A stretch of DNA of 51,556 bases from positions 1 through 51,556 of the forward strand of contig JAISXO010000023.1 of NCBI GenBank assembly GCA_031270475.1, given 5' to 3'. The stretch is from Puniceicoccales bacterium. GTDB taxonomy: Bacteria > Verrucomicrobiota > Verrucomicrobiia > Opitutales > LL51. This document shows, piece after piece, positions 17,587 through 25,996 of this stretch (positions within the stretch are counted from its first letter, which is position 1; every line of letters begins with the position of its first letter). The translations under genes were made by a program, and so were the position numbers. The notes below the pieces were generated by a model. That model saw only the letters and a list, made by a program, of their open reading frames with translations, was not told the DNA's origin and ran no database searches.

Positions 17587-18624
17587 TTAAAATTGTTCTA
17601 AAAAACGCAGATCATTTTGATAAAACAGGCGCACATCATCGATGCCGTAGAGCAGCATTGCCAGCCGCTCCAAGCCCAGACCAGCCGCAAAACCCGAATA
17701 TTTCTCCGAATCAATCCCAACCGATTCAAAAACATTGGGATCGACCATACCGCAACCCAAAATTTCTATCCATTGGTTACTCAATTTGCCGAGACCCGTC
17801 GATCGAAAGTCGACCTCAAAGCTAGGTTCCGTAAATGGGAAAAAACTCGGCCGCAGGCGCATTTCCGTTTGGGAACCGAATAAAGCTTTTAAAAAATGAT
17901 CAAGCGTCGCTTTCAAAGCGCAAACGGTTACATTTTCATCAACATAGAGGGCTTCGAATTGGTGAAAATTGGCGCTATGGGTTGCGTCGGTTGTATCGCG
18001 GCGAAACGTTCGTCCCGGAGAAATAATCCGAATAGGAGGCTGTTGTTTGAGCATGGTTCGAATTTGGACGGTCGAGGTATGGGAGCGCAAAAGGTAGCAT
18101 TCCGTTTCGTGTTTAGAAGTTGTCGCCATCCGAATATTCTGAGGCATGAAAAAAGTATCCATCACGTCTCGAGCTGGGTGACTTAGCGGAGTATTTAGGG
18201 CGTCGAAGCAGTACCATTCGGTTTCGATTTCGGTGCCATCGACGGTACAAAATCCCATTTGATTGAAAATCTCTTCCACCCGTTGACGCGTTTTCGTGAG
18301 AGGATGGAGATTGCCCGGGAAACGTTCCCGTGCATCCAAAGAAATATCAAAGGGATCGCCCATTTTTTGTCGCAATGTCTTGGCTTCGAGTTCTTCCGAT
18401 TTGGTTGCGAATAAAGTTTCAATTTCGTTTTTGAGGTAATTAATTTTTTTCCCAAATTCTGCCCGTTCTTCAGGAGGAAAATCTTTCATACCTTTCATCG
18501 CATTGCGCAGGGTACCGTTGGGGCCGAGATAGGCGGCCTTTAATTCTTCCATTGCAGCAAATGATTCAATGGCTGCAATTTTTCCACTAACTTCCTCGAT
18601 TAAATAGTCATTCAATGGCGGCAT
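17587..18624 (-). CDS. pheS: Phenylalanine--tRNA ligase alpha subunit
   Basis: 345 aa with HPLTKTRQRVEEIF, RSHTSTVQIR, FRRD..DATHSANFHQFE and GCGMVDPNVF..GFAAGLGLERLAML. Confidence 0.93.
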   Translation of the reverse strand: MPPLNDYLIEEVSGKIAAIESFAAMEELKAAYLGPNGTLRNAMKGMKDFPPEERAEFGKKINYLKNEIETLFATKSEELEAKTLRQKMGDPFDISLDARERFPGNLHPLTKTRQRVEEIFNQMGFCTVDGTEIETEWYCFDALNTPLSHPARDVMDTFFMPQNIRMATTSKHETECYLLRSHTSTVQIRTMLKQQPPIRIISPGRTFRRDTTDATHSANFHQFEALYVDENVTVCALKATLDHFLKALFGSQTEMRLRPSFFPFTEPSFEVDFRSTGLGKLSNQWIEILGCGMVDPNVFESVGIDSEKYSGFAAGLGLERLAMLLYGIDDVRLFYQNDLRFLEQF

Positions 18625-18749
18625 ACTTCACAGTACTCATAGATATTTTTAAGAAAACTCAAGCAAGACCTGTCGAAAAAAATGAAAGCATTTATTTTTT
18701 CTTGAAAAAATAAATTACATATGGATAATCAGTTCCCTCTAAATGTTTT

Positions 18750-19382
18750 ATGGAACATGCGATGCGTAGAGGGTTCATCATTGTTGTTGTTCGAATTTTT
18801 TCGTTGCTTCCCGTTTTAGCAACCGAAATACCTGTGTCGGACCCGGGCGATAATGATATTCCAACGGCCCTATTGCCGCCACTTGCGCCCGTCGAAACCG
18901 GGAATTATTGGGAAATATTACTATTTTTGCTATCGACGATCATTCTTTTAGGAGGTCTTTGGTGGGTATTTTTTCGCCATCGACGCTCTACTTTAACCCG
19001 TAAGCCTCTTTCTGCTTTTCAGCAATTGCTTCGGGATCTCCACCGAGCCAAATTGCACGCTGATACGAAAGATACGAAAGAATTTTGTTCTGCTCTTTGT
19101 TTTGCGTTAAAATCCTATGTACAGCGGGAATATCAACTCCCTATCACCTGTCGTACGACGGAGGAATTTTTAAAAATTGTCCAGAATTCATCCAAATTTT
19201 CCTGGGAAGTATCGAGTGATTTGACGGATATCTTGCTCTATTCCGACCAGGCTAAATTTGCGGGAATGAAGTTTCAAAACGATTTCCACAAGGATTTATT
19301 TCTCAAAGCCTGCCGTTTCGTTCGCGAAGTGAAACGCATTCGCCGTTCGGCTAAATCCACAATTAAACCTGTTCGAAAATGA
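18750..19382 (+). CDS. DUF4381-like membrane protein (first gene of the Bat-type operon)
   Basis: Signal/TM region, then WEILLFLLSTIILLGGLWWVFFRHRR. Its stop overlaps the batA start (ATGA). The position is typical of DUF4381 genes upstream of batA. Confidence 0.5.
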   Translation: MEHAMRRGFIIVVVRIFSLLPVLATEIPVSDPGDNDIPTALLPPLAPVETGNYWEILLFLLSTIILLGGLWWVFFRHRRSTLTRKPLSAFQQLLRDLHRAKLHADTKDTKEFCSALCFALKSYVQREYQLPITCRTTEEFLKIVQNSSKFSWEVSSDLTDILLYSDQAKFAGMKFQNDFHKDLFLKACRFVREVKRIRRSAKSTIKPVRK

Positions 19383-20416
19383 TAAACGCCTTTGAGTTTC
19401 ATAGTAAGGAATTTTTATGGTTATTGCTTCTTTTACCAGTTATTGCCTACGTTGGTAAGCGCTGCAAAAGGCAAGCCACGCTTTCTTTTCCCCACACGGA
19501 ATTTTTGAAAAAAGCGACGGATTTTCATCGTCCACAATCCCAGCGCTTTTTAAATTTTCTACGCTTTTCAGCCCTTACCCTATTGATTTTTGCTCTGGCG
19601 CGTCCCCAGCTTGTCCATCGTTTTACGGAATCCAATTCCAGCGGTGTCGATATTATGCTCGCGGTAGACATTTCCTCTTCGATGATGGGGCTCGATTTCC
19701 AGGAGAGAAATGAACGAAAGTTGATCACGCGTCTAGATATCGCCAAACAGGTGACCGATGAATTCATTCAAAATCGCCCCAATGATCGCATCGGCATGTG
19801 TGCTTTTGCAGGAGATGCTTACTTGATCAGTCCCGTTACGATGAATCACGATTGGCTGGAAAGTAATTTAAAACGCTTACATGTTGGCCTGGTAGAAGAT
19901 GGGACGGCGATTGGGAATGCCATCGCCATGTGTGCGAATCGTCTCAAAAATTCGGAGTCTAAGACGAAACTTATTGTCTTGCTAACCGATGGTGGTAATA
20001 CGGCAGGTAATATAGCTCCCCTAATTGCTACGGAAATGGCAGCGGCCTTGAATATTAAGATTTACACCATCGGTATTGGTAAAAAAGGTGTTATTCTATT
20101 TGCATGTCCCGATGAGCAGGGGAATATCGCTATGGATCCTTTTGGCCAACCGGTTGTCATTCAAGCGCAGGCCGATCTCGACGAAACTTTACTCGAAGCC
20201 ATTGCCCAAAAGACGGATGGACAATTTTTCCGTGCGGAAAATAAAAAGCAATTGAGCGATATTTATACGAAGATTGATCAATTGGAAAAAACCGATATAA
20301 AAGTTAAACAATTTGCCACCGCGGAGGACTTTTTCATCTGGCTCATCGGATGCGCCCTTCTACTCCTACTCTTGGAGTGTTTTTTACGTTATTTAAAATT
20401 CCAAAAGATACCATGA
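19379..20416 (+). CDS. batA: VWA domain protein BatA
   Basis: N-terminal TM, MIDAS motif DIMLAVDISSSM, ...LLTDGGNTAG, C-terminal TM. Confidence 0.8.
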   Translation: MINAFEFHSKEFLWLLLLLPVIAYVGKRCKRQATLSFPHTEFLKKATDFHRPQSQRFLNFLRFSALTLLIFALARPQLVHRFTESNSSGVDIMLAVDISSSMMGLDFQERNERKLITRLDIAKQVTDEFIQNRPNDRIGMCAFAGDAYLISPVTMNHDWLESNLKRLHVGLVEDGTAIGNAIAMCANRLKNSESKTKLIVLLTDGGNTAGNIAPLIATEMAAALNIKIYTIGIGKKGVILFACPDEQGNIAMDPFGQPVVIQAQADLDETLLEAIAQKTDGQFFRAENKKQLSDIYTKIDQLEKTDIKVKQFATAEDFFIWLIGCALLLLLLECFLRYLKFQKIP

Positions 20417-22413
20417 AATTCGGAAATATGTTATTTTTGTTTCTGTTGCCCCTGTGGGTTGCTCTGGTGCTATTCATAATCGGAGGTGGACAAAAACGTC
20501 GATCGTGTCGGCTCAAACAAATGGTTGCCCAACGGCTCTTTCCTCTGTTACTTTCGAACTATAGTGCCGGGAGACAAAATCTAAAAAATTTGCTCTTCCT
20601 ATGCGCAATCGCACTCATTGGATTCGCCCTAGCCGCGCCAAAATGGGGCCATAGGCAGGAAGAGCGCTATGTGAAAGGGGTCGATTTATTGATTGCGGTA
20701 GATGTTTCCAAAAGTATGCTCGCGGAAGATATAAAACCCAATCGCCTTGAACGTACGAAATTGGCCATTTTAGATCTCATTAAATCTTTTGTGGGGCATC
20801 GTGCCGGCCTCATCGCCTTTGCTGGGGATTCTTTTTTGCAATGTCCCCTTACCCTCGATCATAACGCCTTTATCCAGAGTTTGAATGCCATCGATACGGA
20901 TACCATTCCTCTGCCGGGGACGGCCATCAATGGAGCGATTGAGTTAGCCGAAAAGGTCTACGATCAAACACAAAATCAGAAATTACTCTTTCTCTTTTCC
21001 GACGGTGAAGAATTGGCCGACGGCGCCATCGAAGGTGCTAAACGGGCAAAGGAACAAAATGTCTGCATTTATACGATCGGCATCGGATCAACGGAAGGCG
21101 TTACGATTCCCATTACGGACTATCGAACGGGAAAAGTAAGTCCCCTATGCGATAGAAAAGGACAAATCGTAAAAACTTCCCTCGACGAAAAGACGCTCCA
21201 AGAAATTGCTGAAATAACCGGTGGCCAATACTACCACCTATCGCCCGCTGCCCTATCGCATTTGCAAAGGGATATTCTCACGCATTTTCCATTTCTCAAA
21301 GAAAATTCCAAAGGAAATAAGTATATCGAAAAGGTTTATCAGGAACGCTACCAGCTATTTTTACTCCTAGGATTTCTTTTACTGCTACTGGAAATGCTTC
21401 TGAGTAATTATAAAAAATCGGAAAAATATTCAATTTCAATTTACTATCAACTTTCGTCACTCATTTTTATTTTTCTTTTTTCATTGAGTAGCCTATCAGC
21501 AAAAGAGAGTAAGGGAGAAACCTGCTATAAAAATGGAGAATTTGAAAAAGCATTGGAATTTTATGATCAACAGTTGGCCAAAAAACCGGACGATCAGGAG
21601 CTATTCTACAATAAAGGGACGACCTCTCTTTCCCTCAAACGATACGAAGAAGCAATCGATTGTCTCAAGAAATCAATTCCCAATGCGCCCCTAGCGTTAC
21701 AAAAAAAAGCATTTTATAACCTGGGGAATACGTTTTTCGAGCAAGGACAAAGCTTACCTGAATCGCAAAAAACATTGGAAAAATGGAAGGAAAGTTTACG
21801 TTATTTTCAATCAGCCGTAGACCTAGATGGACAGTTCGAGGAAGCTAAAAAAAATGCAAAATACGTTGAAGAGCAGATTAAAAAGCTAGAAGAACAGCAA
21901 AAATCCCAAAATCAACAGGAATCCGACAAGCAGAAAGATCAGCAAAACCAAGATCAACAGCAGGATCAAAACGATCAACAGAAAAACTCAGACCAACAGA
22001 AATCCGACGACCAAAAAAATCGAGATGATCAACAGAAACCGGATCATCAAAACCAAGATCAACAGCAGGATCAAAACGACCAACAGAAAAACTCAGATCA
22101 ACAGAAATCCGATGACCAGAAAAATCAAGATGATCAACAGAAACCGGATCATCAAAACCAAGATCAACGGCAGGATCAAAACGACCAACAGAAAACTCAG
22201 ACCAACAGAAATCCGATGACCAGAAAAATCGAGATGAGCGGCAGAAAAATTCAGACCCAAAAAAAACCGATAAACTACAGAAACCTCAACCCCAACGGCA
22301 ATCGGATGCCCCTGAAAAGCCGGAAAATTCAGAAAATCAACACCCCGAACAACCTTCCGATAAACGCAACGAATCGCAAAGTAAAAATAATGATAAAAAT
22401 CAACCCAAAATGA
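20413..22413 (+). CDS. batB: Fused BatB (VWA) - BatC (TPR) protein, as-read frame; the C-terminus is out of frame after a 1-nt homopolymer difference near 22192-22195
   Basis: The start at 20413 overlaps the batA stop (ATGA). MIDAS motif DLLIAVDVSKSM, two TM segments, TPR repeats (GEFEKALEFYDQQLAKKPDD...), then a Q/D/K-rich 35-aa tandem repeat. The tail after 22195 (TQTNRNPMTRKIEM...) is the repeat read in the wrong frame. Confidence 0.75.
   Translation: MKFGNMLFLFLLPLWVALVLFIIGGGQKRRSCRLKQMVAQRLFPLLLSNYSAGRQNLKNLLFLCAIALIGFALAAPKWGHRQEERYVKGVDLLIAVDVSKSMLAEDIKPNRLERTKLAILDLIKSFVGHRAGLIAFAGDSFLQCPLTLDHNAFIQSLNAIDTDTIPLPGTAINGAIELAEKVYDQTQNQKLLFLFSDGEELADGAIEGAKRAKEQNVCIYTIGIGSTEGVTIPITDYRTGKVSPLCDRKGQIVKTSLDEKTLQEIAEITGGQYYHLSPAALSHLQRDILTHFPFLKENSKGNKYIEKVYQERYQLFLLLGFLLLLLEMLLSNYKKSEKYSISIYYQLSSLIFIFLFSLSSLSAKESKGETCYKNGEFEKALEFYDQQLAKKPDDQELFYNKGTTSLSLKRYEEAIDCLKKSIPNAPLALQKKAFYNLGNTFFEQGQSLPESQKTLEKWKESLRYFQSAVDLDGQFEEAKKNAKYVEEQIKKLEEQQKSQNQQESDKQKDQQNQDQQQDQNDQQKNSDQQKSDDQKNRDDQQKPDHQNQDQQQDQNDQQKNSDQQKSDDQKNQDDQQKPDHQNQDQRQDQNDQQKTQTNRNPMTRKIEMSGRKIQTQKKPINYRNLNPNGNRMPLKSRKIQKINTPNNLPINATNRKVKIMIKINPK
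21943..22250 (+). repeat. Intragenic 105-bp tandem repeat, about 2.9 copies (QNQDQQQDQNDQQKNSDQQKSDDQKNxDDQQKPDH)
   Basis: Repeat units begin at 21943, 22048 and 22153, with exactly 105-bp spacing. They are near-identical at the DNA level. Confidence 0.9.
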
Positions 22414-22577
22414 TCCCGGAATCGGCAAATACACCAAACGACATCCCACACGACCAAAAAATGTCCCAGGGTGATGCCCTTCAATTACTCGATTCTTTGG
22501 AAAATGAAGAAAAAAAATTGCCTTTAAAAATGATTTATGGTAATATTAGAAACCGCAATCCTGAAAAGTTTTGGTAA
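22196..22577 (+). pseudogene. Displaced C-terminal reading frame of BatB/BatC (open for 126 codons, ends at TAA 22575-22577)
   Basis: Own translation after restoring one A: KNSDQQKSDDQKNRDERQKNSDPKKTDKLQKPQPQRQSDAPEKPENSENQHPEQPSDKRNESQSKNNDKNQPKMIPESANTPNDIPHDQKMSQGDALQLLDSLENEEKKLPLKMIYGNIRNRNPEKFW*. The ...AxQLLDxLxxxEKK... tail is the conserved BatC-type C-terminus, and the stop lies 1 nt before the batD ATG. Confidence 0.6.
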
Positions 22578-22578
22578 A

Positions 22579-24258
22579 ATGAAAACTCGATTTTTTATAG
22601 TATTAGTGGCATTTTTGCAAATTATAACACTCAATGCACGAGCACCAAGTATCGGTATTAATGCGCGATTTGAGCCATCAGAAGCAACTCTTCATAAAGA
22701 AGTGCGATATATCGTCGATATTACTAATGCTTTTCCTCGTGGATTTACGCCTCCTTCTATTCCCGGTTTGCGCAAACGCAGCGAAAGTGTCTATCAATCG
22801 TCAACCATGATTAATGGCGTCAGTACACAAAAAGTGACGTTTATATTTTCCTACATTGCTGAACAAATGGGCGTTATCGAAATGCCAAAGTATGCCATCG
22901 AAATTAATGGAGAATATTATCCCGTCATGCAGGCTAAAGTGAAAGTTTCCAATAATTCGAATGCAATGGCACCCCAACGGGAACAAGGAATCGCCTTTGA
23001 TGTTTCGATTGGTAGTACCGAAGCCTATGTCGGTCAGCATATTCCCATTACACTCTTTGTCCGAGTCAATGAATACGCGCAACTATCGGGAACCATTAAA
23101 CCAAAAATTTTAAACGATGCCTTTATTCTGTCTCCCCTCGCAAAGCAGCCCAGGGTACAGTCAGATGGTGAGTGTGAAATTTATTCTTGGGATACTTTTA
23201 TTACTCCACTCAAAGGCGGCAATCAGCAAATTTTCTTCGAAGCATCCTGTCCCATTCAAGTTATTCATTCGGTGGGATTCTTTTCCCTTGCGGAGGAAGA
23301 ATTGATTCGTCTAGTTTCGCGATCTATTGCCCTTGAAATTCAGTCATTGCCTGAAGCTCCGGCGGATTTCCATGGAGGCATTGGACAATTTTCACTCCAA
23401 AATCTCCGCCTATCATCGGATCGTGCATTGGTTGGAGAACCGATTACGCTATCCATTGATATCGTCGGAGAAGGTAATTTTTCCCGTCTTCAGCCTCCGG
23501 AAATTGCAAGCAATGAGCTGTGGAAAAGCTTTTCGCCAAAGGTGACATTTACTCCCCATGATGAATATGATTTCAAGGGAACAAAAACGGTAGATTATGT
23601 CATTTTGCCGCAAAAAGCAGGGGAAATTGCCATTCCCGACATTGCATACACCTATTTCAATCCTGGAACGAAACGCTTTGAAACTTCAACCATTGATAAT
23701 TCTAAGAGAGTAGTTCTTATATCCCGATCCGGAGAAGCGGATTACACCGATAGCACCGAGAAGAACCCCAAAGGTAAAAACAGTCCTGAAAATACCGTTT
23801 CAACGCTCCATATTCTCTCCAAAGATACGCCACCTCAGGAAACATTACTGCCGATTTGCTTCCGTTCCTGGTTTTGGATTCTTCAGAGCTGTTTAGCGAT
23901 GATCGCTTTGTTGTTTTTGATTAGAACTCGTACGCCATCTCGAAAAGAGAAAACGCTGAAATGGAACATGAAAAAAATAGAAAAATATCTTAAGCAATCC
24001 GCTAACGGAGAGGATGTCGCGCAATTTTATAGGCTAGCTACCCAATATATTGGCCAAAAATTAGCGATCTATTCTATTGGCAGCAAACAGCGTTCAGAAC
24101 AAATCAGACAACTTCAAGAACGAGATGTCAAACATTTAAAATGGCTCGAATCATTTTTGGACGAGGCGGATGCGATTGCTTTTGGCCAATCTCATGTCAA
24201 TAAGAAGCATATTGATCAGCAATTGGAAAAATTGCTCATGTTCCTGAGACAATCATGA
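22579..24258 (+). CDS. batD: BatD-like (oxygen-tolerance family) membrane protein
   Basis: The Met at 22579 gives the signal peptide MKTRFFIVLVAFLQIITLNA. It has a large extracytoplasmic region, a TM segment (WFWILQSCLAMIALLFLI) and a cytoplasmic tail. Its operon position after batB/C fits BatD. Confidence 0.6.
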   Translation: MKTRFFIVLVAFLQIITLNARAPSIGINARFEPSEATLHKEVRYIVDITNAFPRGFTPPSIPGLRKRSESVYQSSTMINGVSTQKVTFIFSYIAEQMGVIEMPKYAIEINGEYYPVMQAKVKVSNNSNAMAPQREQGIAFDVSIGSTEAYVGQHIPITLFVRVNEYAQLSGTIKPKILNDAFILSPLAKQPRVQSDGECEIYSWDTFITPLKGGNQQIFFEASCPIQVIHSVGFFSLAEEELIRLVSRSIALEIQSLPEAPADFHGGIGQFSLQNLRLSSDRALVGEPITLSIDIVGEGNFSRLQPPEIASNELWKSFSPKVTFTPHDEYDFKGTKTVDYVILPQKAGEIAIPDIAYTYFNPGTKRFETSTIDNSKRVVLISRSGEADYTDSTEKNPKGKNSPENTVSTLHILSKDTPPQETLLPICFRSWFWILQSCLAMIALLFLIRTRTPSRKEKTLKWNMKKIEKYLKQSANGEDVAQFYRLATQYIGQKLAIYSIGSKQRSEQIRQLQERDVKHLKWLESFLDEADAIAFGQSHVNKKHIDQQLEKLLMFLRQS

Positions 24259-24274
24259 AAATAATTTTAAAATT

Positions 24275-24964
24275 ATGAGAAAATTATCGATTTATTTTTT
24301 TCTGTTTTTCCATACCTTGGCATTGAACGCCGATCATTCCTTTTATGCAGCCAATGAGGCATACGGTAGCCAGGAGTATGGGAAGGCCATCGAATTATTG
24401 GAGTCAGCGCCTACGCATTCCTTTGCCCGGTATTTTAATTTGGGCTGTGCCTATCAAAAAAATAATGATATGAGCAATGCCTGGATTGCCTTCGAAAGGG
24501 CAAGACAAATCAACCCCTATGACAAAAATATTCGATATGCTTTCCAAACGCTTCCGTTGATCCGAGAACAAAAAAGATTTATTCCCTTCTATCAAACGTC
24601 CTTTGCCATGAATGTTTTAACCCTATTACTATGTTTTTTCTTTTGGTTAACGGTCCTATTATGGGTTCGTCGCCGAATGAAAAAATTAATTTCTAAGGGA
24701 GCGCTTTATTTGAGTTGTGCGGGATGTTTGGGATGCGGCGGTTTTTTATATGCGTCCAGCCGTATTTTTCAAAAATGTGTTGTAATCCGTGATGAGGCTT
24801 CGCTCCATATTTCGCCGACATCCCAATCGGATGTTCTTGGAAGTCTTTCTTCGGGAACTCCCCTGACAGTGGCGGCCAAACAAGGAAATTTTTTGTATGT
24901 TGATCTGAAAAATGGACAAAACGGTTGGATTGATTGCAAAAATGTAAAGTATTTTTTAGATTGA
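24275..24964 (+). CDS. BatE-like TPR / TM / SH3b protein
   Basis: Signal peptide, TPR-like segment (YGSQEYGKAIELLE...GCAYQKNNDMSNAWIAFERARQINP), TM segments, and a C-terminal SH3b-like segment (ASLHISPTSQSDVLGSLSSGTPLTVAAKQGNFLYVDLKNGQNGWI). Confidence 0.6.
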   Translation: MRKLSIYFFLFFHTLALNADHSFYAANEAYGSQEYGKAIELLESAPTHSFARYFNLGCAYQKNNDMSNAWIAFERARQINPYDKNIRYAFQTLPLIREQKRFIPFYQTSFAMNVLTLLLCFFFWLTVLLWVRRRMKKLISKGALYLSCAGCLGCGGFLYASSRIFQKCVVIRDEASLHISPTSQSDVLGSLSSGTPLTVAAKQGNFLYVDLKNGQNGWIDCKNVKYFLD

Positions 24965-24968
24965 CCTC

Positions 24969-25670
24969 GTGCTGAAAGCTTTTTACCCAGGACCTTTGGA
25001 AGAGAGATCGCTTGTCCATTTAGATCGGGAGGAAACGCACCATCTCTTTCACGTTTTGCGAGCGACTAGAGGCGAAAAAGTCATTCTTCTCAATGGTCAC
25101 GGCTACTATGCCGAAGGGCATATCCATGAAACACAGGGAATTGTAATCGATGGCGTTCATTTTGCAGAGAGCAGTAAAATTACATTGTGTCCTGCCCTTT
25201 TAAAAAATAAAGCCATGGACTTTCTCATTCGTGAGGCGACGGCGATCGGTGTTGCAAAAATTATTCCCATTTATACCCAAAATTCAGAGGTCAAAATTCA
25301 AAACGTCGCTGAAAAACAAATGCATTGGAATCACATTGCCCGTGAGGCTTGTAAACAATCGGGAAATCCGTACTTGCCATTTATTGAAATGCCTAGAAAA
25401 TTAAAAGACTTAGCATGTTCCATGCCAGTATTTGTCTCTGCATTGCGGGGAAATCCAAAAAATATTTTTCATTACCAGTCGGAAATTAAAAACAATCCCA
25501 TTGCCATTTTAGTTGGTCCCGAGGGTGATTTTTCAGAACGGGAATATCAGTATTTCGAGCAAAGTAATTTTCATTTTATCCACCTCGGGCGATATGTCCT
25601 TCGCGCAGAAACTGCTGCGCTTTACCTTTTGAGTGTCATTGATTGTTGTCTAAGGACTGCGCATCCCTAG
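24969..25670 (+). CDS. rsmE: 16S rRNA (uracil1498-N3)-methyltransferase
   Basis: HHLFHVLRATRGEKVILLNGHG, ...ILVGPEGDFSEREY..., LGRYVLRAETAALYLLSV. The last 7 codons and the TAG stop lie inside repeat copy D. Confidence 0.85.
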   Translation: MLKAFYPGPLEERSLVHLDREETHHLFHVLRATRGEKVILLNGHGYYAEGHIHETQGIVIDGVHFAESSKITLCPALLKNKAMDFLIREATAIGVAKIIPIYTQNSEVKIQNVAEKQMHWNHIAREACKQSGNPYLPFIEMPRKLKDLACSMPVFVSALRGNPKNIFHYQSEIKNNPIAILVGPEGDFSEREYQYFEQSNFHFIHLGRYVLRAETAALYLLSVIDCCLRTAHP

Positions 25671-25935
25671 GATTCTCGCCATAGAAATCCATCTCCTTTA
25701 CCGAAAAAATTTATCTTTGCCCGCCCCCGGGCTTGCCCGGGGCGGGTAAAAAGGCCCTGCCCTCGTCGCTTCGCGACGAGGGCAAGACGACTTCGTCGTC
25801 CGATCCTTACTAGGATCGGGCCTTTTTAATCCCCGCGGCGAAGCCGCGGGGGCAAATTTTCTGCGGCCCAGCTAGCACAAATTGTGCTTGGCTGGGCCGC
25901 AGAAGTGAGGTCAAGGGGTCTGATTCCTTATGGGA
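25650..25935 (+). repeat. GC-rich multi-hairpin mosaic repeat, copy D (longest)
   Basis: Modules in order: CTAAGGACTGCGCATCCCTAGGATTC; CCCGCCCCGGG-ctt-GCCCGGGGCGGG; CCTCGTCGC-ttc-GCGACGAGG; GACGAC-ttc-GTCGTC; CCGATCC-ttacta-GGATCGG + TTTTT; CCCCGCGGC-gaa-GCCGCGGGG; a CTGCGGCCCAGC...GCTGGGCCGCAG long hairpin; and the terminal TGATTCCTTATGGGA. Confidence 0.85.
25800..25827 (+). terminator. Intrinsic-terminator-like hairpin plus T5 inside repeat D (downstream of rsmE)
   Basis: CCGATCC-ttacta-GGATCGG, then GCC and TTTTT. Confidence 0.5.
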
Positions 25936-25996
25936 TGTGAGCAAATCTCCACAGCAAGTAGCTTGCTTACGAAATAAAAAATACTATGACCAGCCT

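Noticed and set aside
22025-22449. Track ORFs 22025-22219(+) and 22093-22449(-) in the Q/D repeat
   Set aside because: They are alternative-frame or antisense readings of the 105-bp tandem repeat. The meaningful second frame is the one that restores the BatC-like C-terminus (22196-22577).
25937-25996. GTG-started 20-aa extension of sfsA
   Set aside because: It begins 2 nt after the end of repeat copy D. The ATG at 25997 gives the typical SfsA length and N-terminus.
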